Assembly (NCBI GenBank): GCA_016719135.1
Contig: JADKAV010000021.1
Span: 1,900-65,899 of the forward strand
Source of the DNA: Micrococcales bacterium
GTDB lineage: Bacteria > Actinomycetota > Actinomycetes > S36-B12 > UBA10799
DNA: 64,000 nt
Direction: 5' to 3'
Of this stretch, positions 1 through 8,723 are shown piece by piece. Numbering within the stretch: position 1 is the first letter of the stretch; each line of letters starts with the position of its first letter. Under the pieces are notes generated by a model. It saw only the letters and a program-made list of their open reading frames with translations, did no database searches and was not told where the DNA came from. A program made the translations under genes and the position numbers.

Positions 1-798
1 TGTCGGACAGGCCCTTGGCCCGGGCAGTGGTGAGGTAGTCCTCGTCCATCTCGTCCACCAGCGACGAACGCATCACCAAGGCGTACTCTCCGCGAGGTAG
101 GCCATCGTCAGCGTCGCGACGGGCAGCACCATGTGCCACGCGACGTCGAGCCAGCCGGCCAAGGACGACGTGTCCACCCCCGGTGATGAGATCCCCCCGA
201 TCGGGAAGATGCCGGGCAAACCGAAGACGCCGACCCCGAAGACGATCAGCAGGATCATGCCCAGCCAGAACTCGGGCATGGAGTACAGAGTGAGCGTGAC
301 CCCGGTGGACACCTTGTCGAAGGATTTGCCCCGCTGCCAGCCGGCCTTGATCCCGATCCAGACTCCAATGATCGACGCCAGCACGATTGCTGTGCCCACC
401 AGCAGCAGAGTCGGCCAGATGCGCCCGGTGACCAGCTCCCACACCGGCCGGTTGAACTGGGCCGAGTCGATGGTGCTGGCGAACGGGTTCTGCAGGTAGG
501 TCAGGAACTGCTCCAGGGCCGGGCGGTTCAGCTCATCGCGCAGCTCGGCCAGTTGCTCCGGCGGCACGTTGCGTCCCCGCGTATACATCCCGATCGGATC
601 ACCGGGCAGCAGGCGGAACAGGAAGAAGTTCACCACCAGGACGAAGAACAGGGTGCCCACAGCGGCACCTGTCTTGCGCAAGGCGAACCGTGCCCCGGGG
701 GATAGGCCCTTGCTCCCCTTCTGCTTGCGGGACAGCGGGGCAGGCCCGGGGACGGGGTCGGGACCGCCGCCCCCGGCAACGTCCTGGATCAGCGACAC
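1..798 (-). CDS. ABC peptide/nickel-type importer permease (DppB/OppB-like); runs off the left edge; frame broken near 88
   Basis: ORF 73..798 gives a polytopic permease (FLFRLLPGDPIG, LPVATLTMAYLAE). After a 1-nt shift at ~88 the reading continues EYALVMRSSLVDEMDEDYLTTARAKGLSD to base 1, the conserved cytoplasmic-loop region of this family. Same strand as, and adjacent to, the binding-protein gene. Confidence 0.85.
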
Positions 799-805
799 CG
801 GTCCG

Positions 806-2672
806 CTACTCCACGTCGTCGTCGGACGTACGTCGACGACCGATCATGACACCGCCGAGCACCAGCCCGACAGCAGCTAGCACGCCGACCACGATGAGCG
901 CCGGGTTGACGCCACCGCTGGACGACGTGGAGCCGCCGCTGTCAGCGGACACCGGCTCGAGGCTCTGGTACGACCAGGTGCCGTACTGGAACAGCAGTAC
1001 GCCGTCCGGATTCGGCTGCGGGGTGAAGTTGGTCCAGCGGTCCGACCGGTAGGCGGTCGGATTGTCGTAGTAGACGGTGACGACGTAGGCGTTGCTGTCG
1101 AAGAGCATCTGCTGCATCGCCTTGACGATGTCGGCGCGCTTGCCCTGGTCCGTCTCCAGTTTCTGCTCTTGGTAGAGCTTGTCGTACTCGGCGTCGCAGT
1201 AGAAGGAGTCGGACAGCCCGGCGAAGATCGTCCCGTCGTCGTCGGTCGACCGCTGGTCGCAGGTGAAGGTCGAGAGCTGGTAGTCCGGGTCCGGTTCGAC
1301 GACCCAGCCCCACTCGAACATGTCGAAGTCGCCGTTGCCGACCTTCTCGTACAGGGTGTCCTCGCTGACGATCTTCACCTTGACCTCGATGCCGATCTGG
1401 GACAGCCAGTCCTTGACGTATTCGACCACCTTCTGGGACTCGCTGGACTCCTGCCGGCCGAACAGACGCAGCGACATCCGCTCGCCGTCGGCCGAGGTCC
1501 GCACCCCGTCGTCGCCCATCGTGTATCCGGCCGCGTCGAGGGTGGCGTTAGCCGCGTCCAGGTCGAACGCCACCTGGTTCTCCGGTTCGAGATGCAGGTT
1601 TGTGTACAGCGGCGGAATGATCGTGGTGCCGGGTCGCGCGAATCCGCCGTACACCTTGTCCGCCAGGACCTGCCGGTCGGTCGCCTGGGCGATCGCCAGG
1701 CGCACCTGCGGGTCGAGCACCAGCTTGCTGCCGTCCCCGATCGGCGTGCCGTCGGTCAGAGCCGCGCCCATGTTGAACGCGATCTGGTTGAACCCGGAGT
1801 ACACGCTGGGCACCGTCGTGATGCCGTCGGTGTTGGCCAGCGAGTTGAAGACGTTCGCGGACAGATCGTTGGCGTAGTCGACCTCTCCCTTGCGTAGCGC
1901 CTCGGCGATCGCGTCGGTGTTCTTGTAGACGCGGAAGACGATCTCATCGGCCGCGGGCTTGCCGGCGTAGAAGTTGGGGTTGGCCGCGAATCTCAGATAC
2001 TCACCCTTGCGCCGCTCGATCAGCTCGTAGGGTCCGCCGCCGACAACCGGCTGGCCGTTCTCCGGCTCATTCTTGTAGGACTTGACCTTCTTTGGCGTCG
2101 ATGTCCTTCCAGATGTGCTCAGGAAGGATGTAGACCGCCAACTGGTACATGATGGGCGACGGCCTCTTCACGTACAGGACCAGTGTCGTGTCGTCCGGAG
2201 CCTCGGCCCGGGTGATGGTGGACGTGTAGCCGCCGTGGTTGGTCTGCTCGATGTCGCCGTTGATGACCCGGTTGAACGTGTATGCCGCGTCGCGCGCGGT
2301 CAGCGGTTCGCCGTCGCTCCACTTGAGATCGGGCCTGATCTTGTACGTCCAGTAACTCCGGTCCTCGGACTCTTCCCAGGACTCCGCGAGGCCGGGGACG
2401 GTGGAGAAGTCCGCCGCCGAGTATTCAGTAAGGGTGGGGTACATCATCTGGTACACCTCGAAGGAGGCCGCCGCGATGCCGGTGAACGGGTTCGTCGAGT
2501 CGACGTCCTGGGTGATGCCGACCGTGAACACGGACTTCTGCCCGGCGCTTTCCGCGGCCGGGGACGGGCTACCCGACTCGTCCGCGCTTGCCGGCATCAG
2601 CGGCAACGCAACTATCGCCGCGATCGCACTGGCGAGCAGCGCCCGTGCGTGCCAACGTCTGGGTACCGTCAT
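806..2672 (-). CDS. ABC transporter substrate-binding protein, family 5 (peptide/nickel); frame broken near 2091
   Basis: ORFs 2067..2720 and 806..1813 join at ~2091 (..IWKDIDAK | KVKSYKNEPENGQPVVGGGPYELIERRKGEY..). ATG 2672 is preceded by AGGGAG. There is an N-terminal signal-like segment (RRWHARALLASAIAAIVALPLMPASA). The C-terminus has a Ser/Gly linker, a hydrophobic helix and RRR. Confidence 0.85.
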
Positions 2673-2713
2673 CAGTTTTCTCCCTGTGTGGTCGTCAGTG
2701 CTACCGTCCGGCC

Positions 2714-4804
2714 ATGCCACCTGCTCCCCAGCCCAAAGTAAACCGCACGACAGTCCCCTGGGGGGCCGGAACTCGACAAGACGACTTCGGTTGGCTGGCA
2801 GGTGGCGGTCCCGAGGTTCTGCGGGTATTGAATGACGAGCGCGCCTACTACGAGGCCAGGGTTCATCAGCTGCATTCGGTCCGGGATGAACTGACGGCGG
2901 CCATGCGCGGGCTTCTGCCTGACGCCGACGTGTCGGTCAGTTTCATGCGCCGAGACTACACATACGTGACGGAGTTTCGAGCGGAAGCGGATTTGCCCTG
3001 TCTGGCCCGCCGTCGGCGCGGCGCTGACGGACCGATCGAGTCGCTGGTCGACCTCGATGCGGTGGCCAGGCAGGAGGGCTCCTCGTACGCCGAGTTCGGC
3101 CTGACCGAGCCGGGCCCGGACGACCGGATCCTGGCGTGGTCGGTTGACTTCAACGGTGCCGAAAAGTACTCCCTGCACTTCCGGGATCTGACAACTGGTC
3201 AGGACCTGCCGGACCGGGTGCCGGACACCTATTACACGGGAGCCTGGGACGCTACGGGTACTCGCTTCCTCTACGTGGTGCCCGATCACGCGATGCGGCC
3301 ATGGCAGGTGCGCGAGCACATCCTGGGCACGTCCACTGCTCGCGATCGGCTCGTGTTGCAGGAGGACGACGAGGCGTTCGAGGTGACAGTGCACGCCACG
3401 CGGTCCGGGGAGTGGATCTTCATCGAGTCCCGCAGCCGGGACACCAGCGAGTGCTGGCTGCTGCCGACCCGCGACACCACGGCCGCGCCGCGTTCGGTCG
3501 CCGGGCGCCGCCGGGGCACGGAGTACACCGTCGACCACGCTCCGTGGGATGGCGGCGACGAACTGCTGATGGTCACCACCGACGATGCCCCCGAGTTCCG
3601 GGTCCTTGCGGCTTCGACCGAGACTTCAGGGCCGTGGCGGGAGGTGGTCGCCCACGACGCGCAGGTCCGGGTGGTGGCTGTCGACGCGTTCGCCGGGCAC
3701 GTGATTCTGACACTGCGCCGCGACGGGTTGCCGCTGCTGCGGGTATTCACGCGGGACTGGTCTGCGTCGTACGACATCGCGCCCGCGGATGAGGCGTCCA
3801 CCGTCTGCCTGGCGCGGGTGGACGAGTTCGACCCGGGTGCCATCACGATCCGCACCGAGGGCCGAACAACGCCCGCGGCCTGGTGGGATGTGGACCTCGA
3901 GTCCGGCGGCCGGGTTGAAGTGCACGCATCGGCGGCCCCCGGTTTGGAACCGGATCGCTACGCGGCTTCGCGGGTCTGGGTGACGGCCAGGGATGGAGCC
4001 CGAGTGCCGGTGACTCTCTGGCGGCGAAAGGACGTCCCGCTCGACGGGAGCGCGCCCTGTGTGCTGTATGGGTATGGCGCCTACGAGTACGTCTTCGAGC
4101 CGGAGTTCGACGCCGCCCTTCCGCCGCTGCTGGAGCGTGGGGTGGTCTTTGCGCATGCGCATGTGCGTGGCGGAGGTGAGATGGGCCGCTCTTGGTGGGA
4201 GCAGGGCCGGCTCTTGCGCAAGCGCACGACTTTCGACGACTTCGTGGACGTTGCGGACGCGCTGGCTCACGACGGTGCGCTCGGTCTGGTGGACGGGCGC
4301 CGGATCGTCAGCCGCGGGTTGTCAGCCGGGGGACTGCTGCAGGGAGCGGTGTACTCGCAGCGTCCGGACCGTTGGCGGGCGGTGGTCGCGGAAGTCCCGT
4401 TCGTCGATGTCGTGACTGCCATGTCGGACACGTCGATTCCGCTGACAGTCAACGAGTGGGACGAGTGGGGCGATCCGCGCGACCCCGAGTTCTTGGCGTA
4501 CCTGGCGGGCTATTCGCCGTATGACAATCTGCCGCTGGCGGAGGGTCGGCCGCCGCTGCTCGTGACCGGCGCCCTGCACGATCCCCGAGTTCTGGTCAGG
4601 GAGCCGGCGAAGTGGACGATGGCGCTGCGAGCCAGTGATCCAGGCCAGGGCGCAGGCGCGGATTCGGACGATCCCACGTCGCCGGGCACGGTGCTGTTCC
4701 GGGTCGAGACCGCTGAGGGTGCCCACTCCGGGCCGGCGGGACGTTTCGGGCATGTGGATTACGAGGCTGAAGTGGGTGCGTGGATTCTCGCCGCGTTGTT
4801 GTGA
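2714..4804 (+). CDS. ptrB: oligopeptidase B / protease II (S9A prolyl oligopeptidase family)
   Basis: Uninterrupted ORF of about 696 aa from ATG 2714 (the listed ORF starts earlier at 2588, inside the upstream gene). N-terminal propeller-type region; C-terminal S9 domain with nucleophile elbow GLSAGGLL and ..AHAHVRGGGEMG.. block. Confidence 0.85.
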   Translation: MPPAPQPKVNRTTVPWGAGTRQDDFGWLAGGGPEVLRVLNDERAYYEARVHQLHSVRDELTAAMRGLLPDADVSVSFMRRDYTYVTEFRAEADLPCLARRRRGADGPIESLVDLDAVARQEGSSYAEFGLTEPGPDDRILAWSVDFNGAEKYSLHFRDLTTGQDLPDRVPDTYYTGAWDATGTRFLYVVPDHAMRPWQVREHILGTSTARDRLVLQEDDEAFEVTVHATRSGEWIFIESRSRDTSECWLLPTRDTTAAPRSVAGRRRGTEYTVDHAPWDGGDELLMVTTDDAPEFRVLAASTETSGPWREVVAHDAQVRVVAVDAFAGHVILTLRRDGLPLLRVFTRDWSASYDIAPADEASTVCLARVDEFDPGAITIRTEGRTTPAAWWDVDLESGGRVEVHASAAPGLEPDRYAASRVWVTARDGARVPVTLWRRKDVPLDGSAPCVLYGYGAYEYVFEPEFDAALPPLLERGVVFAHAHVRGGGEMGRSWWEQGRLLRKRTTFDDFVDVADALAHDGALGLVDGRRIVSRGLSAGGLLQGAVYSQRPDRWRAVVAEVPFVDVVTAMSDTSIPLTVNEWDEWGDPRDPEFLAYLAGYSPYDNLPLAEGRPPLLVTGALHDPRVLVREPAKWTMALRASDPGQGAGADSDDPTSPGTVLFRVETAEGAHSGPAGRFGHVDYEAEVGAWILAALL

Positions 4805-4824
4805 GGTTCGCCGGTGCGCTTGGT

Positions 4825-5071
4825 TGAGGGCGGTGTTGTTGGGGGGTTTGGGGGCTGGGAGTGCCCAACAACGTCGCCCTCGGCTGGGGGGTGCGGTTGG
4901 TCCCTGGGGCCCCGGATTTTGAGGGCGGTGTTGTTGTTGGGGGTTTCGGGGCTGGGAGTGCCCAACAACGTCGCCCTCGGCTGGGGGGTGCGGTTGGTCC
5001 CTGGGGCCCGGATTTTGAGGGCGGTGTTGTTGGGGGGTTTCGGGGCTTGGAGTGCCCAACAACGTCGCCCT
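4825..5071. repeat. tandem ~95-96-bp repeat (2.6 copies), each unit carrying an imperfect hairpin
   Basis: The unit start GAGGGCGGTGTTGTTG recurs at 4825, 4920 and 5016. Each unit contains GAGGGCGGTGTTGTTGGG ... CCCAACAACGTCGCCCTC (inverted repeat with a 2-nt mismatch). It lies between convergent ptrB and the SDR gene. Confidence 0.85.
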
Positions 5072-5086
5072 CGATGGACCTGAGCC

Positions 5087-5791
5087 CTACTGCTCCGGCA
5101 CCAAAAGGATGCGAGCACCGTTCTCGACCGAAGGGTCGCCCATGACATCGACCACAGCCCCTCCGACCACGCTGGTGTCGGTGAATGTCCGGAACGCCTT
5201 GTCAGGGTTGCGCGCCCGAACGTCGTCATCGACCAGCGCATTGACCACGAGGATCACGGCGCGCGCCGCGGTGTCGCGGAAACTGGCCCCGAGCGCCTTA
5301 GTCCAGGTCTCAGTGGCTGCCTTGATGCTGGCGTAAGCCGCATTGCCCGCGGTGGGCGATTGGGCCTGGACGCTCGAGAGGATGAAGAAGCGGCCTGCCG
5401 GCGAGGCGATCAGTGCGTCCCGAAAGACCACGCTCGTGACCCGCAGTGTGCCGAAGATCCCGGGTTCCAGGGCCGCGAACTGTTCGGCTGCCTTGCGGTC
5501 CACAGTCTTAGAACCCTGCCAGCCGCCGACGAGATGGACCACGGCGTCGATTCGTCCATGCCGGTTCAGAAGGTCGTCTCGAAAGGCCTCTACGGCATCG
5601 AAGTCGAGCAGGTTCACAGTCCGAGCCTCGGCCGTCCCGCCAGCCGCGATCACGGCCTGTGCGGCGGTTTCGGCAAGGGTCTTGTCCCGGTCGACCAGGA
5701 CTACGTGCGCCCGGCCGGCCAAAGCCAGCGAAACGCCGCGTCCGCCCATGCCGGCTCCCAGCACGACGGCTACCGGTGTTGACGTGTTCAT
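5087..5791 (-). CDS. short-chain dehydrogenase/reductase (SDR) family oxidoreductase
   Basis: 234-aa intact ORF. It has a Gly-rich dinucleotide-binding N-terminus (VVLGAGMGGRG) and a catalytic YxxxK (AAYASIKAA). The start overlaps the stop of the upstream gene (ATGA on the minus strand, 5788-5791). Confidence 0.8.
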   Translation of the reverse strand: MNTSTPVAVVLGAGMGGRGVSLALAGRAHVVLVDRDKTLAETAAQAVIAAGGTAEARTVNLLDFDAVEAFRDDLLNRHGRIDAVVHLVGGWQGSKTVDRKAAEQFAALEPGIFGTLRVTSVVFRDALIASPAGRFFILSSVQAQSPTAGNAAYASIKAATETWTKALGASFRDTAARAVILVVNALVDDDVRARNPDKAFRTFTDTSVVGGAVVDVMGDPSVENGARILLVPEQ

Positions 5792-7875
5792 CCACTCACT
5801 CCTGTGATGCCGCTGGTCGAATCGATGACGGGAGCCAACTTCTTCCGCAGCGCCTCATAGAAAACGTTCAGCGGGAACTCGTCGGGCAGGACCTCGTCGA
5901 CCGCCAGACGCGGTTCGGTCGGCAATGCTTGCGCGCCCTGTGCCCACACCGATGCCGGGTTCGGCGGAACGAGACCGCTGACGAATGTGTGCGCGGCCAT
6001 CCAGTGCCCCATCCGGGAACGGTCGATGCCCTCGTTGTAGAGCCGCTCGACCTCGCCGCAGAGTTCGCTGACCGAGTCGTACACACGCGGCCAGTCCAGA
6101 CTCAACGTGTTGTCCCGCCACCGCAGCACTCCGTTGCGGTGCAGCCAGGCGAACAGGATCTGCCCACCGAGTCCGTCGTAGTTGCGGTTGCGTTCGCCGG
6201 TCGTCGGGAAGCGGAAGAGTCGGTCGAACAGGATCGCGATCCGAACGTGCCGCGCCAGTGTCGCCCCTTTCGACTCCAGGGCCGGGGTCTCCCGGAAGGT
6301 CGTGAGGTCGCAGCGCAACTCCTCGAGCCCGTACATCCAGTACGGCATCCGCTGCTTGATCATGAACGGGTCGAACGGAAGGTCTCCGTGGCTGTGCGTG
6401 CGGTCGTGGACGAGGTCCCACAGGATGAAGGTCTCCTGCGCCAGTCGCTGGTCGGCCAGCAGCCGTTCGGCATCCGGTGGCAGCGACAACTGCAGCAATT
6501 CCGCTGAAGCAGCCGAGACCCGACGGAAGCGAGCGGCTTCTCGGTCGCAGAAGATGCCGCCCCACGTGAAGCGCGCGGTCTCCCGCGTTGCCACCGTCTC
6601 GGGGAACAGCACCGCCGAGTGGGTGTCGTACCCCTTCGTGAAGCCCACGAACTCGATGGGGACGAACGCCGGATTGTCGTAGTCGCCGGCCTCCAGCTCT
6701 GCGATCCAGTCGGGCCATACGGTCCGGGTGATGACGGCCTCCACGTTGCGGTTCAGGTTGCCGTTCTGGGTGTACATGGGGAACACCGCCAGGTGCTCGA
6801 CGCCGTCGCGACGCTGCTGCTCGGGGTGGAACAGCAGCAGCGAGTCGAGGAAGTCCGGGACACCCAGCCCTGCGTCACGCCAAGCCAGGAAGTCGGTGAC
6901 GGTGGCGTCCAGATGTTCCTGCTGATGCGGGAAGCGCGGGCTCAAAGCGGCGACGGCTTGGGCGATCTGGTCCACCAATTCGGAGGCGCGCTCGCGGTGT
7001 TCGTCTGCGACTGATCCGTCCTTGGCCTGCAACGGGCGCAGTTCCTCGATCGCGGCAACCAAGGCGTCCCAGGCGGGGTCCTGCAATGCGCCGGATGCAT
7101 CGGCCACCGAAGAAGCCGAGCCGGCCCGCCCTGTCCCGGCCCACGTGATGAGGTTGAGCCACAGCCTGCGGTTTCCGAGATCTTCGATGGAGTCGTCGCC
7201 GAAAAGATCCGAGTCAGCGGCAACCACGACCCGCCCGGCGGCGCTTGGGACAGCGGCGATCAGCGGCGCACCCGGGGTGGTCGCATCCGACGAGGTCACG
7301 AGCACTGCGAACGCCTCGGGGGCTGTCAGCTGCAGCACCCCAGCGCGGTAGAAGCAGGCCCCGGAGACCTCCGCGAGCAGGTCGTGCTCGGTCTTCGGGC
7401 CGGGCTGACCCAGCACCCAGGTGCTCACGTCCTTGAACCGGTGCACTGGATCTTGCACGGTGGTCGACACCACGTCGATCCCGAAACGTCCGGCGAGGTC
7501 GCCGAGGACGTTGCCATACTTCTTCTGCTCGGTCTCCGCGAGCACGATGAGTCCGCCGCCGGCGGCGACGAAGTCTTCGATCGCAGCCAGCTCATCGGCA
7601 GAGTGAACAGGGGATCCGACTCCGGTCGTGGTCTCCCATTCCTCATCGGAGCAGTGCGGAATGACCAGCACGTCCACGTCGGCCAGCGCCGCTGATGTCA
7701 GCAGCCCGTCCTCGTGTGCGCGCACCTCGTAACCGGCCGTTCGCAGGGTTTCGGCCGCGACCACATAGCCGGCGTCCGCCGGAGCCTGCGGGTTCATCCG
7801 CGCGGCGATTTCGGGGCGGGTCGACCAGGCCTGCCGGTGTGCTTCATCTACAAGTACGACACCCAGATTGCGCAT
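5788..7875 (-). CDS. hypothetical two-domain protein (N-terminal ThuA/GATase1-like fold, C-terminal His-rich domain)
   Basis: Single intact 695-aa ORF. N-terminal part: VLVIPHCSDEEWE, AAGGGLIVLAETEQ. C-terminal part: LWDLVHDRTHSHGDLPFDPF and GLEELRCD. From memory the C-terminal part resembles uncharacterised DUF6421-type actinomycete proteins (unverified). Confidence 0.6.
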   Translation of the reverse strand: MRNLGVVLVDEAHRQAWSTRPEIAARMNPQAPADAGYVVAAETLRTAGYEVRAHEDGLLTSAALADVDVLVIPHCSDEEWETTTGVGSPVHSADELAAIEDFVAAGGGLIVLAETEQKKYGNVLGDLAGRFGIDVVSTTVQDPVHRFKDVSTWVLGQPGPKTEHDLLAEVSGACFYRAGVLQLTAPEAFAVLVTSSDATTPGAPLIAAVPSAAGRVVVAADSDLFGDDSIEDLGNRRLWLNLITWAGTGRAGSASSVADASGALQDPAWDALVAAIEELRPLQAKDGSVADEHRERASELVDQIAQAVAALSPRFPHQQEHLDATVTDFLAWRDAGLGVPDFLDSLLLFHPEQQRRDGVEHLAVFPMYTQNGNLNRNVEAVITRTVWPDWIAELEAGDYDNPAFVPIEFVGFTKGYDTHSAVLFPETVATRETARFTWGGIFCDREAARFRRVSAASAELLQLSLPPDAERLLADQRLAQETFILWDLVHDRTHSHGDLPFDPFMIKQRMPYWMYGLEELRCDLTTFRETPALESKGATLARHVRIAILFDRLFRFPTTGERNRNYDGLGGQILFAWLHRNGVLRWRDNTLSLDWPRVYDSVSELCGEVERLYNEGIDRSRMGHWMAAHTFVSGLVPPNPASVWAQGAQALPTEPRLAVDEVLPDEFPLNVFYEALRKKLAPVIDSTSGITGVSG

Positions 7876-8066
7876 GCCGACAGTGTCTCACCGTTTAGGT
7901 CGAATTGGTGCGGATCGTTCTCGCCGCCTATTTGCGCAATGCCCTGTTGGTTGCCGGGTGACCCGTATTTTGCAGGTCATTTGACAACCAACAGGTCATC
8001 CGTAGGCAGTTGAACGTGTGAGCGCCGGATCCCCTGCCGCAACCGTTGTCCGGCTAGAGTCGACCA

Positions 8067-8723
8067 GTGAGCGAGTGCGTCTCGTATTCGAGCAACGGTC
8101 CCGTCGCCTCGGTGCACCTTGACCGCGGACGCGCGTTCTGCGCCGGCCACGACCTGAAGGAACCGGCGCCTGTCGAAGATGAGGCAGCCGCCCGGCAACG
8201 CCTCCAGCGGATCCAGGACGTCACCCGCGCGATCCGGTCGTTCCCGGGCCCGGTCATCGCCGCCGTCCAGGGTTACGCGCTCGGTGCCGGCGCCGAGTTC
8301 GCTCTCGGATGTGACCTCGTCGTGGCCGGGCAGGACGCCCGATTCGGCTTCCCCGAGGTGGGCGTCGGGCTGAGTGTGACGGGCGGAATCTCCGCGCTGC
8401 TGCCTCGCGCGGTGGGTTCGGTACGGGCCAAGGAACTGCTGTTCCTGGGCGAGCACCTGTCGGCCGACGATGCGTATCGACTCGGGCTGGTCAACAGGGT
8501 CGTGCCAGCCGGGACCCATGAGCAGGCCGCACACGAACTCGCGCAACGGCTCGCCGCGCAGCCCCCGGCCGCCCTCGCGCTGGCCAAGTCGCTGCTCGAC
8601 CACGGCGTGGATTCCACCGAACCGGAAGCGCTCGACCGCGAGGTGGACGCTGCCATCGCAACCATGGCGACCGGGGAGGCCGAGTCAGCCGCGCAGGCGT
8701 TCCAGGAGGGAACCGGTGGCTGA
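8067..8723 (+). CDS. enoyl-CoA hydratase/isomerase (crotonase) family protein, unusually short
   Basis: GTG start. Crotonase blocks FCAGHDLKE and VIAAVQGYALGAGAEFALGCDLVVAGQDARFGFPEVGVGL are present. About 35 residues appear to be missing between ..VASVHLDRG and RAFCAG. Confidence 0.8.
   Translation: MSECVSYSSNGPVASVHLDRGRAFCAGHDLKEPAPVEDEAAARQRLQRIQDVTRAIRSFPGPVIAAVQGYALGAGAEFALGCDLVVAGQDARFGFPEVGVGLSVTGGISALLPRAVGSVRAKELLFLGEHLSADDAYRLGLVNRVVPAGTHEQAAHELAQRLAAQPPAALALAKSLLDHGVDSTEPEALDREVDAAIATMATGEAESAAQAFQEGTGG

Noticed and set aside
4322-5241. ORFs 4322..5062, 4596..4871, 4759..5241 and 4814..5145 spanning the tandem repeat
   Set aside because: They translate the 95-bp repeat in various frames (recurring PNNVALGWG / PQNPGP peptides) and overlap the ptrB 3' end. 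They are not coding.
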